Assembly: GCA_001599295.1 (NCBI GenBank)
Contig: BCGN01000004.1
Span: forward strand, 314,138 to 378,137
Length of the DNA: 64,000 nt
Source of the DNA: Sporopachydermia quercuum
Lineage: Eukaryota
Reading direction: 5' to 3'
A model generated the notes under the pieces. That model saw nothing but the letters and a program-made list of their open reading frames with translations, was not told the origin of the DNA and searched no databases. A program made the translations under genes and the position numbers. This document shows positions 20,844-31,809 of this stretch, piece by piece (positions within the stretch are counted from its first letter, which is position 1; each line of letters begins with the position of its first letter).

Positions 20844-21857
20844 ATGAAAGGATTTTTGGCAATGGGAAGAGCTAGAAGAGGAGGTAATGCGGTCTACGCC
20901 GTTGCTAATGGCAGACAATTGGGGTTATTCAAATCATGGGAAGAATGTCGAGACCAAGTTCATGGATTTACAGGAGCTAAATACAAGAAGTTCGTGACGC
21001 AGTTTGATGCTATAAACTTTCTCAGACAACATGGCCTTGATGAAAAAGGAAGGCTGTTGCCCCAAATTTTACACGTGCCAGAGAATTTTCCAGGAGATAG
21101 CGGGAACAGTGATAGTGTGGAAATGAAACTTGATGCCTATGAACTCAAAAATGGTAATTTGTCTATGGGTCAATCTTATGAAAATTCATTTGCTATTGAG
21201 AAAAAACTGGGAGATAATTCTGGTAGCAATACAAAGTATGACGTACCAACGATTACCAATAGAGAAGCAGAGACTACTGATGAATTACTATACAAAAAAG
21301 TGTATACTGATGGTGCATGTAAATCCAATGGAACCACTAAGGCTGTTGCTGGATATGGAGTGTATTTTGGGCCTTCTGATAAGAGAAATATCAGTAAGCC
21401 GTTAGAAGGATCAGAACAAACGAACCAACGGGCAGAACTAACGGCTATCCTACGGGCGTTAGAGGTGATCTTGAAGGAAATAGCAGATAATGACGGTGAT
21501 TTTGATATAGTTTACACTGTAATGACAGATTCACAATACTCTATCAATTGCCTAACGAAATGGTGGAAAAACTGGGTGAAATGTGACTGGACAAAACCTG
21601 ACGGACAGCCTGTGAAGAATTCTGATCTTATAAAACCAGCATTGCTATTGATCGATAGGATAAATGATTACTACAAAAAGAAAGACGAATCTCTTTTATT
21701 ATCAATAGAGTATGTTGTTGGTCATTCTGGCGATGCAGGAAATGACAATGCAGATCGTCTGGCTAATGAAGGATGTGATAATTCACCTAAACTGTTGAAT
21801 TATGCTAGTAAAAGTAGCAGGTATACCTCTGGAAAAGACAATTACAAGCCATATTAA
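20844..21857 (+). CDS. RNH1: Ribonuclease H1
   Basis: N-terminal hybrid-binding domain (YAVANGRQLGLFKSWEEC...GAKYKKF) plus RNase H catalytic motifs VYTDGAC, QTNQRAEL, TDSQY, GHSG..GNDNADRLA. Confidence 0.94.
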   Translation: MKGFLAMGRARRGGNAVYAVANGRQLGLFKSWEECRDQVHGFTGAKYKKFVTQFDAINFLRQHGLDEKGRLLPQILHVPENFPGDSGNSDSVEMKLDAYELKNGNLSMGQSYENSFAIEKKLGDNSGSNTKYDVPTITNREAETTDELLYKKVYTDGACKSNGTTKAVAGYGVYFGPSDKRNISKPLEGSEQTNQRAELTAILRALEVILKEIADNDGDFDIVYTVMTDSQYSINCLTKWWKNWVKCDWTKPDGQPVKNSDLIKPALLLIDRINDYYKKKDESLLLSIEYVVGHSGDAGNDNADRLANEGCDNSPKLLNYASKSSRYTSGKDNYKPY

Positions 21858-22208
21858 TTAATTGGTCAATCTCTGATAGTATTTCATAACGCAGTACGAG
21901 CAGAATTATATGTTGTTAGCTTTGTCTAGTATAAGCTAGTTCGTCAATAATCTTCGGATCATAAACCTCAGGGCGATTGAAAGAACAGAGATGATACTGG
22001 TTATCATATATTTAATACCATACCGTAGCTTACATATACGCTGGTAGCATTATCAATATTATATTACAATCTGTAAGACACATAAATAAGCAATTTAATA
22101 AACGCTGTTAGATGAACAAAAAATATATATAATAGTAATTAATCCAGAATATATCTAGAAACAAAAAGAGATAGGCCTATTAATGAATTACAGCCAAAAT
22201 AAACTCCA

Positions 22209-22280
22209 AGCTCCACACGGGACTCGAACCCGCAGTCTTCGGCTTAGGAGGCCGATGCCTTACCTTTTGGCCAATGGAGC
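22209..22280 (-). tRNA. tRNA-Arg (anticodon CCU), intronless
   Basis: GCTCCATTGGCCAAAAGGTAAGGCATCGGCCTCCTAAGCCGAAGACTGCGGGTTCGAGTCCCGTGTGGAGCT folds as a cloverleaf: acceptor GCTCCAT/GTGGAGC, anticodon arm TCGGC-CTCCTAA-GCCGA, T-loop GTTCGAG, downstream T-run. Confidence 0.95.
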
Positions 22281-22588
22281 AAATTTCTCAATTGCTCATA
22301 CTTTTGACTATTTAAGATAATCAAATGGATAAGCCCATTTCCTGTCTCAATACCCATACTTCTTTTTGACGGTACGTTTTATTCCCTTCTGCTTTCATTT
22401 CTCACCTATCTATCCACTATGATTATTAGGGTATTCTACCATGACTTAATGCTCATTCAGTTATGATCCTGTTTGTGTGAAAGGACTATATCATTTTAGT
22501 TTCATCATAATCAAAGGTTTTGCGAGCAGTTGATGCACACCTTTGCTTACCGGTTATAACTCATAGTGACAGAACACAACATCCTACA

Positions 22589-23180
22589 ATGGAGCACGAC
22601 AGAGAAACCTCCATACCAAGAGATGTTCGTCTGATTCATTTGATATTTATGCAGTTAGGCATAGATTCGTTTCAAGAACATGTTCCATTGCAGATTATGG
22701 ATTTTGCTCACAGTAAGTGTGATTGATTAGAATATCAGTGCTTCAAGCTGACTTCTTACTACTAGCGACATTGGCTCTTACTTTTTTTTTTGCCTTGTTG
22801 CACACATATATTTTCTACTCCATCACTCAACTCAGTACGTATACTAACTAACCAATCCTTCAATAGGGTACACTCATAGTATACTAGCTGATGCTATATC
22901 TTATAATGAACATCGAAATAATACGTCACATTCTCATACAAATCCTCCTTTGAATTTGGAGGACGTGAGATTGGCAATTGCTGCAAGGACCAACTATCAA
23001 TTTACTCCTGCTCCACCAAAGGAACTATTAATGGAAGTTGCAAGTGAGAGAAATAAGAGACCTTTACCACCTGTGATTCCTGGCTGGGGAACTAGATTAC
23101 CACCAGAGAAGTATTGTTTGACTGCTAGAGAATACAATGTAGATGAGGAGTTGGAAGAAATGCAAGGAGACGAAGAATAA
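22589..23180 (+). CDS. TAF9: TFIID/SAGA subunit Taf9, 2 exons
   Basis: Exons 22589-22712 and 22867-23180 (GTAAGT...TACTAAC...TAG). Motifs PRDVRLIHLI, QIMDFAHRYT, EDVRLAI, PPKELL, RNKRPLP, RLPPEKYCLT. Confidence 0.94.
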
Positions 23181-23782
23181 CGGATCTGAAAATAGTAAAA
23201 GAAAGGAAAGGAAGGAAGTAGATATAATTATGAGAATTGGATAATGTCAGAGTGGTATGTTTGATTGCCCAAGGGAGACTCCCTCCCTTTCTGGAGTTGT
23301 CCTGGTAAGGAACCTGTAACCTGATAAGACCTTGTATATTATGGTGTTTTAGACATTATGAAATAATAGATTTATTCATACTAAATTATCATGTTAGTAT
23401 GTCTTGAGAAGTATGTCTAGCACAGTATAAAAAGGCGTTATGTATTATTTCCTTCGAAATGTTATGATCTCGACCCCCATTTGCTCTGTTGAGAGCAAAC
23501 CATTGCTATCCAAATAGTTGCGAGAATGAGAATCCCCTTTCTAAACGATGCCAAGAAGGCAATAGCACCGATAAATGAATCCATCTACTACAAGTTTCTC
23601 ACCTATTTGCAGATATAAAAATTAGCTTTCTATTACTGATGTTACCTTAGTGGACCTAATATGTGAATAAATGAGTGGTAGCGAAGTGTCCAGAGTCTGC
23701 AAAGAATGCTCACCGAGTACCCCGGTTATCATAGGAAAACATTGTCGTTTCACGGGGCGTCTCAAGTCTCTCTTGTGCGCAC

Positions 23783-24589
23783 TCATTCCTGCGTCGACTC
23801 CTCAATATGCAGAGCGAACCCGCGGGCACCAGGCGATTCCAGACCAGGTTTCAGTTCCATCGTCGGGATCTTGTAGTCGCCGCCGTTCTGTTTCCGGTAT
23901 GGTATCGGGGCCACTGTTGTCAGCGTGTGCATACGTTCGCGGAGTTGTTCAGCAACGACCTCGAAGCTTGCTTCGTCCATTCGATCTGCCTTGTAGGCCA
24001 CAAAAGGGGGAAGGACTGTGAAGCCGGGATAGAAAAGCATGCCGTGATTGATGGGAAACAGCAGATCTTCAATCCTACCGTTGACACCGCGCTCGGAGTA
24101 ATGCTCGGGCCAGCCACCGGCAGTGACAATCAGCATTGCGCGCTTGCCCGTCATTTCGCCCTCGCCGTACCGGTCGCCCCAGCGACTATTGCTGTGTTCA
24201 CCGATGCCATATGCAAACCCACAGGCATAGACACGATCAATCCAGCCTTTGAGTATCGCGGGCATGGAAAACCACCATAACGGGAACTGGAGGATCACCA
24301 CATCGGCCCAGCGGAGCTTGTCCTGCTCGACCTTGACATCCTCCGTGAGGCCGTTCTCCGCGAATTCTTTTGACGATGCGGAGCCAACAAGCAGTCGTTC
24401 CTCGGAAGATACATGCGGAAAGTCGTCCCGGTCGACGGTCGCTTTCCAGTTCATGGTATAGACATCGGACACCTTGACATTATGTCCTTGTGCCTGCAGT
24501 TCTGCAATGGCGACATCGAGTAAAGCACCATTGAGAGAGTGTCTTTCGGGATGGGCAAAGACTATCAGGACATTCATCGTGGAGGTCAT
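23783..24589 (-). CDS. NAD(P)H:quinone oxidoreductase, flavodoxin-like fold (NQO1/MdaB/KefF-related); GC-rich, probably horizontally acquired
   Basis: VLIVFAHPE..SLN, VSDVY.MNW, EQDKLRWAD, QFPLWWFSMPAILKGWIDRV, GKRAMLIVTAGG. Candidate ATGs at 24589 and 24577; intronless; composition differs sharply from neighbours. Confidence 0.92.
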   Translation of the reverse strand: MTSTMNVLIVFAHPERHSLNGALLDVAIAELQAQGHNVKVSDVYTMNWKATVDRDDFPHVSSEERLLVGSASSKEFAENGLTEDVKVEQDKLRWADVVILQFPLWWFSMPAILKGWIDRVYACGFAYGIGEHSNSRWGDRYGEGEMTGKRAMLIVTAGGWPEHYSERGVNGRIEDLLFPINHGMLFYPGFTVLPPFVAYKADRMDEASFEVVAEQLRERMHTLTTVAPIPYRKQNGGDYKIPTMELKPGLESPGARGFALHIEESTQE

Positions 24590-25061
24590 CCTGTCCTGGT
24601 TTATACGAAGAAAAAAATCAGGGAAATTCAAAACAAAGTGTTCAACTACGCCGTTTGAGCTATGCACTATGCTGTTGGCAACAGAAGTCTATAATGTATA
24701 TCGCTTTCTGATTTGTTTTGAGGATTCTCCTTCTGAGTTTCGCTACAAGTCAAAGCATAACCATTTAGGAGCTGGCTGAAATCCTGACACTATATATAGA
24801 CCAATATACTTCTAGAATATATATCAATATCGCAGGTTTAACATAGCTACTGATATAAGTATAAACATATATGCCTAATTTTCAATCCTCTTACTATTGC
24901 AGCAATGCCGTTTGGAATCTGCTGGATCACGTTACTCCAGAGCTACATATGAAGCAGGAACAGTTATTATTAAGTTTCATGGTGACATGAGATTGTGTAC
25001 TATTGTTGAATAACTTCTACTTGGAATGGAGTACTATCAATATCAACAAAAATGACATCCA

Positions 25062-25340
25062 TTAGTAAGCAGAATGAATGCGTCATAGAATGGCTGAAAC
25101 ACTAGCATCGCGTATAGGAATACCGGGGCTGTACCAACTAGTTAAGGATTGCTACATATATGGCAAGGTAGACTAACAGAAAGCTCACTATTCCTGAATG
25201 ACCAATGATTATTTGATTTGGTCTGTTTAGACTATAATTACATCGAGCAATGGGTTACTAATCGAAACCTCGTTCACCGTACAGATAACCATCTCAAGCA
25301 TACCACTAGGCAAACACTTATAGTTGATTAGGTAATCATC
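25062..25340. promoter_or_regulatory. Cluster of Yap-type bZIP elements upstream of the quinone reductase gene
   Basis: TTAGTAA at 25062-25068 (context ATTAGTAAGC), TTACTAA at 25255-25261, TTGATTAGGTAATCATC at 25324-25340. Confidence 0.5.
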
Positions 25341-25427
25341 CTTCACTATATTGATATTATTGTATTTTATTGTTGCATTATAATACCATAATGTATGGAG
25401 TTGATTATATTGGTTAATATAATGGCG

Positions 25428-25459
25428 TTACAATTACAATTACTATTACTATTACTATT
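25428..25459. repeat. Imperfect hexanucleotide microsatellite (TTACAA)2(TTACTA)3
   Basis: Read directly from the sequence. Confidence 0.75.
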
Positions 25460-26358
25460 GTCAGTAAATTCCTCATTAAAGGACAGTACTTCTTTATTCC
25501 TTCAAATTCTACCGATATTTTATAACTTCCTTCTCACTCACTTTTCTACCGAATCTTACAATTTCTGCTCCAATGATGAAATCAAAGAACAAGTAAAGAA
25601 AAAAAGCAACTTTTGTCTGAACATTCAGAAGCAACTAATGAAAATCAATTAAATTCATGGAAAATAATTATTAAGAATGACAATAATATATACTCAGGTT
25701 TCATGAATCGTCTCTGTCACATGTATTAATGCTATTCAGTTATTGTCTACTAAGCATGAACTATTGGATCATTGACATTTGAACCGATAGTTATTTTTCA
25801 TTATTCTCTTGAAAACCCTTCGGACGACGTTTCGATCAGCTTTCTTTCATTAATAGATTAGTTTGGCTGGATGGAAGTGAAAAGAATAATTCATTAAACA
25901 AAAAACTTGTAATGATGAATGTATGAATAAATAAATACCGGCTGTAACCATTGTTGCCGCATGGAATAATGATGATACTGGTGTTCTCCCTTCCAAACTT
26001 TGTGGAGTACTAATTTATGTCGTTCTTGATAAATCATATAGCTCAGACAATCATATCATACCTCCCAACAATCATTTGAATAAATCATTCAATTTATTAT
26101 ACAATTCTCCTGCATAATTTAATAATACAATACATAACATAAGATAATAATTAACATACCAGATAACAAGCAATATTAATATTAGATGCGGAGCTCTAGA
26201 GCTGACTTCTGATATCTTAAACTCGACTTTTATTCCTCCATCCTTTAATTTCCGTCTACTTAATCTTCGATTCACCCATAGCTCATATCACATTACTTTA
26301 ACTAAGTTAAGTGGATATTGCATTGCAACTCATGTGTATACATTAGTTGTCAGCCTTA

Positions 26359-29300
26359 TTAAATAAACACTGGCTCTGAAGATAATGAAGCTTCATGATA
26401 CCGTACTTTCCAGTCTTCAATCTCCTTTTCTAAATTCAACACTTTGTCATACATATCACGTTTCTCTCTTTCTAAACGTTTAACATCAACTTCCAATTGC
26501 GTTTCCGAAGAGTTCAAGCCTTCGATTTGGCCAATCAGTTGTTGGATTTTTTCCTGTTGTTTCTTTGTCAATTGGGCCAATTCAACTGCATCTTTGCTTT
26601 TCAAGCGAGCTAAATCCTCAGCTTGTTTCAACTGTAAGTTCAGTTGTTTCACTACCGAATCCCCTTTCAGCCTCTCGGTTTCTAATTCCTGAATTTGGAT
26701 TTCCAGCTCGCTTACTTTACCCATTCGAGTCTCGTTGCCGGTTTCCAGTTTCTGCTCCAGATCTTTCGCATGCAATTCGAATGCCTTGCATTTATTACGA
26801 ATATCCTCCAATTCTGCCTCGGCAATACATTTATCTGTCTCCAGCTCAAAATTCAGCTTTTTCGTTTCATCGAGCTGCTGCTTCGTTGTTGAAAGATACT
26901 TTGCTGCTTCTAAAAGCTTGATTTTGATTTCATCATAGTCCAATTTCTTAGTAGCAAGTCTTGTTTCCATCTCAGTTAGTTTCTGCTTACAAGAATCCAA
27001 TTCTGATGTTAATACTTTACTCTGGTTTTCATGTTTGTTTGATAGTTCATTCAACTGTCGTTCTAGATTTATTTTTGCTTCGAGGAAATTATCTCGTTCA
27101 TCAGAAACGTTTTTCAGGGTTTCTTTTAGATTAGTAACATTGCCTTGTAGTTTGAGAGCTTCAGTTTGCTTTTCCTCAAGCAGTCGCTGATCTTTCACGC
27201 CGCCAATTTTCAGGCTTGATACTTCTTTCTTGAGTTCTGTTTCCTGTTGTTTAAGCTGTTCAATCAATTTATAATGAGACGCTTGGATTTCTTTCATTTT
27301 AACGACTTCTTCAGTGTATCGTTCGAGTTCCTGTTTACAAGCTTGAAGTTGCTCCTCTTTTTTCAATGCCATTCCACGTTGCTGATCTATCTGCTCTTTT
27401 AGCGATTGCATAGTTGAATTCGTAGACACTTGGAGATCAACAGATCTCGCGTTCTCAGATTGGACCTGTCCTTTAAGGAAATCTCGTTCTTGTTGTAACT
27501 GGGACACAGTATACTGTTGATCGTGCAGCTCCTGTTGTACTGTTCGTAGTTCCTGGCTGAGAGTTAGCAGCTCGGCTTCTTTATCTTTACGCTGGGCTTC
27601 CGATTCGTGATAATCTGACTGAAGGTCTTTCAGTTGATTTTTGAACAGCTTTTCCGTTTTTTGAGTCTTGAGAATAGCTAGTTCTGCTGCTTCTAGGCGA
27701 GAGTAGAAGTCAGCTGCTCGTTCTTTGTATAGCTTGGTTGTTATTTCCAGTTCTTCATTCTTCGATTTCAAGGCTTCCAATTGGACCAATAAATCATTGG
27801 TTTTACTAGGAGAAGACATCTTTCTAGGAGAAGATGGGATAGTAGTGAAAGAGGATGAAATAGTAGAAGATTTTCTGGACAGTATTTCCTGTTGTTGCTT
27901 CCGACTTGTTCTCGTAGGACTGTTATTAGGAGAACTTCCTGGTTTTATTGCAAGCTTTCTTTCTGCTAGTATATGTTCACGAATATTGCTCTTCATTGTA
28001 TTGTTGTTATCAGTATTGGTACCGTCATCACGAACATCCCACGAGAGTGTTCTTGTTGACTTGGATCTCTGATTCTGGTTGCTAACAAATGACGAGGGAA
28101 TAGAAGAAGCAATAAACTGTTGGAATTGCTTTTCTAGCTTTTCATATTTTTGTTTATACGTTTGGGCTGTTTGCTCATCACTAGAGACATTAGTAAAAGA
28201 AGAATTGCTGCTATTACTCATGCTTCGATTTAACTGAATAGTCAACTCTTTCAGCTTTTGTTCTAACTGCAGGTTTCTTGTTCTCAGCTCTTCGTTCTCT
28301 TTACCAAAGCTTTCTTTTCTATTGCTATCCACATCTGGCGTTGTATTCTGCATGTTATCATATAGATGCTTGTCGGTAAGTATATGATTTGCCTTATGGG
28401 AATTATTCGCTAAGACAGTGGAGGTTTCATTCTTCTGCTTTTCATTTTCCTTGTCTAATTCAGCTTCTAAATCAATGACCTCTCTCTGCAATATTTCCAC
28501 TTTTTCTTCCAGTTGCTTTCTCTTCTTTTCATGTTCTACTGGTATTTTCTGAAGTTGAACGTTTAATGCATCTATATCTTGCTTCAGGTTGGCAATCAAC
28601 TCATCCCTGAAACTTAATTCAGCTTGGAGCTGTTTCCGCAATGATCTGATCTCAGCTTCAGCCTGCTTCAGCTTTCCTTGAGCCAACTGCTCGTTCTGCT
28701 CCTGTTTCGCACGATGATTCTCTTTCTGCTGCAGCTCTTCAACTTGATGTTTTAATTTGGACTCTTGTTCTGCTTTGTCTTTGATAACTGCAGCTTTCTG
28801 CTCTAGCAAAACATAGTTTTCATCTTTAAGCCTTTGCAATACATTACTTACTTCCGAATACTGCTGTTGTAGCTCTTTTACTTCGTTGTTCAAGGCAGTA
28901 CAGTTTTCAGTTTCAGCCTTCAGTTTCTTCCGCAGCTCTGTTTCAGTATCAAGCTGTCGTTGGAACATGGCTTCTTTATCAGCAAGTAGTCCTTCTTCAG
29001 AAATCAGTTTCTGATTGAGCTTATGAACCTCCATTTCTTTCTTTTTATGTTCTAGTTTAAGTTTTTCCTGGTGGTCCTGTAGATTAGCTAGGCGCTTTTC
29101 TAGCTTCTTCACTTGCATAGAAGTAGCCAATGAGCCATTGGCTCTATTGGAGTGCACCAATGGTTTTAGTTTCACATATAGAGACCACCATTTGTTGTTT
29201 TCTAGCTGCTTATACTTTTCTATGCTTTCGGCTATTGTTTTCACGGCATATACTTTCCTGAGCTTAGTTTTAATGACCTTTCGGGCTAAATAACCTCTGA

Positions 29301-31809
29301 CAAGATACTGGAACTTCTGAACGCTTTCAGTGATCATTTGGTCTCTGACTGCTTCTAAATCTGCTAAAACACCATTTTTGAAAAATAGTTTGGTTAAACC
29401 TATCATGTATAAAGATTGGTCTAAATCTAGAGACTTCAGGATGATCTCACAGGCTTTACGAGACTCTATGTAGCCTCTTGGAAGGTTGGCCGTCAAACAA
29501 CCATAACGTGCTTTGAATACTGAGAAAGGAACTCTGTTAGGGAACCCAGTTCTAGCGATACGAATACCTTCTAGGACACCATTGCATCTCAATTGGTCTA
29601 AAATGAGCAGATTGACAAACTTCTTAGGCCTTTTATCTCTATTAGGGACAATACAACGAACAAAATAAGGTGTAGTTTCGTTCAGCTGGGTCATAAGTGC
29701 GCTCAATTCTTCTTTATGCCTTTGAGCAACCGTTCTTAATGTGGGTCTCCGTTTTGCCGAATAGAGAAAATTATTGTTCGATGTGTGCTTGGTATTATTT
29801 CCGGCTTGGTTGCGAAATTCAACAGGCTCATCATTTCCGAAAAGTCGCCGAACAAACTTATTATTACTTCCGGAAATTATCCCAAGTAGATTTTCACTTA
29901 AACTGTCCTTATTTCTCTCTATCCATCCTTCTGTTGAATATTCTACTTTCCCGGCATAATGAACAACTGTGAATCCTTGTGTGAATTTATTAGCTTGAAA
30001 TTTATTGTTTCTTCCTTCCCATAGTTGACTTAGTTTGTTAGCAAAGGAGTCATCATTTCCGTTAGGTACAACACATTCTTCATCTAAACAGGAAAAGATA
30101 CCAACTGGAGAATTCTTTTCAATCAAATCGATTGTAGGCTGTAAGTCGTTTCCGAAATCTATATACTTCCATTCAATGTTTTCCTTTGCGTATTCTTCTT
30201 GTTCTAGAACAAACACGTGATGATTGAAGAACTGTTGAAGCTTTTCGTTAGTGTAATTAATGCACAATTGTTCAAAGCTATTTGTTTGAAAGATTTCAAA
30301 TCCTGCAATGTCCAAAACACCTATAAACGTTACTGATTCTTGGCTTCTTACTAAGTTATCATTAATTATTTCAACAAGAACTCTGAACAGTCTTTCGTAA
30401 AGTGCTTTTGCTAAAGCGTCTACAGCTACTCTTGCTTGAACTGCGGTTCTTTGCTGATTCACCCATTCTTTGCCTGCTTTCACTTTTGGATGTAAAATAG
30501 CTTTCTGAAGTACATCAACGGATTCAATACCCAAAACATGACAAGCCTTCTCCAAGTCTGATGCATCTTCGATTCTAGCTTGGCCCTGTCCCTGCGATTG
30601 CGATTGAGCACTCTGAGTTCCCAATCTATTGCCTATGATTTTAGTATTCCCTAGATGGAGTATACCCGCTAACACTTTGAATATATTGGCTTGATCCTGA
30701 GACGAAAAGTTCATCAGATTGAAAGCTTTGAATAGTTTCTGAAACTCCTTTTTATCGTCTACTCCTTGAATCTTAAAATTGCCGTTCTGCAAGTACTGGA
30801 AGCGTGATAGTGTCTTGAGACCTTCATCTTCTCCCAGAAGAAGGTCTTGACGTGTAGCTTGATCAATTCCAGCGAGCATTTGATAGAATATATGATAATT
30901 ACGTTCTCCATTGTTCTGGACAATAACTCTTGATTTCTCGAGCAAATACCAATCAATAGTAGCACCAGATATTTTTCCCACTGAGGAAAACTCCAAGCGG
31001 ATAAATTTACCAAATCGCGAAGAGTTATTGTTTTTAACGGTTTGAGCATTTCCAAAGGCTTCTATAATAGGGTTCGCTTGTAGGATCTGGGTTTCAAGGC
31101 TTGTATCTTCCGTAGAACTGCTAGTAATACTAGTTAAGTATTGAATAACTTTTTTCGTGTTTTCTGTTTTACCTGCACCAGATTCACCAGTGATTAGAAT
31201 TGATTGGTTGTCTTTGTTCTTTACCATAGTTCTATACGTTAGATCAGTTAGAGCAAAAATATGGGGCTCTGTTTCTTCTTTCTTGCTGTTTCTATACATT
31301 TGGATAGTTTCTTCGTTATATATGTTAAGCTTGGTGTAAGGATTGACCGCTACTAAGAATATGCCCGAGTAGGTATATATTAGATCATCCTGGTACCTTG
31401 TGAATAGATTGTGGAGTACTGATGGTTCATTTAGATATGTCAACTCTGCCATATCTCTTGCATTTTTGAACTTTGGAGGATTCACTTTGTTTAATGTGAG
31501 CATATCAACGTATTTTTCCTGAAAACAATGTTAGTATTCTATAGATCTATAAGCAGCCCCATTGGAATTCCTAGTACTGAGTTCAAGTAGAACCTTCGTA
31601 TGTTAAAAATGAAATTCCATATGGTTACTTACTTTACTGTTTTCGCATCTTACTAATGCCTTCTGAATTTCTTTATTATCCGAATCGTAGATTTGATTAC
31701 TGTTTGGATCCTTTACTAGGTACCCTTTGGTGAATTGGCCATTGGGCTCAGAAACCCAAACCCATTCATGAGTAGCAAATTCTGCTGCTCCACTGTCATC
31801 AGACTGCAT
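26359..31809 (-). CDS. MYO1: Type II myosin heavy chain, 2 exons, about 1778 aa
   Basis: Exons 31809-31633 and 31518-26359 (GTAAGT...TACTAAC...CAG). Motor motifs GESGAGKT, NNSSRFGK, LDIAGFE, QLRCNGVLEGIRI, an IQ region and a long coiled-coil tail. Confidence 0.94.

Noticed and set aside
20844..21857. RNase H domain near a tRNA gene as a retrotransposon remnant
   Set aside because: It has the cellular RNase H1 hybrid-binding domain, and there is no RT, integrase, gag or LTR nearby.
23671..24779. Several overlapping alternative ORFs around the quinone reductase gene
   Set aside because: Shadow ORFs caused by high GC and few stop codons; no recognisable protein features.
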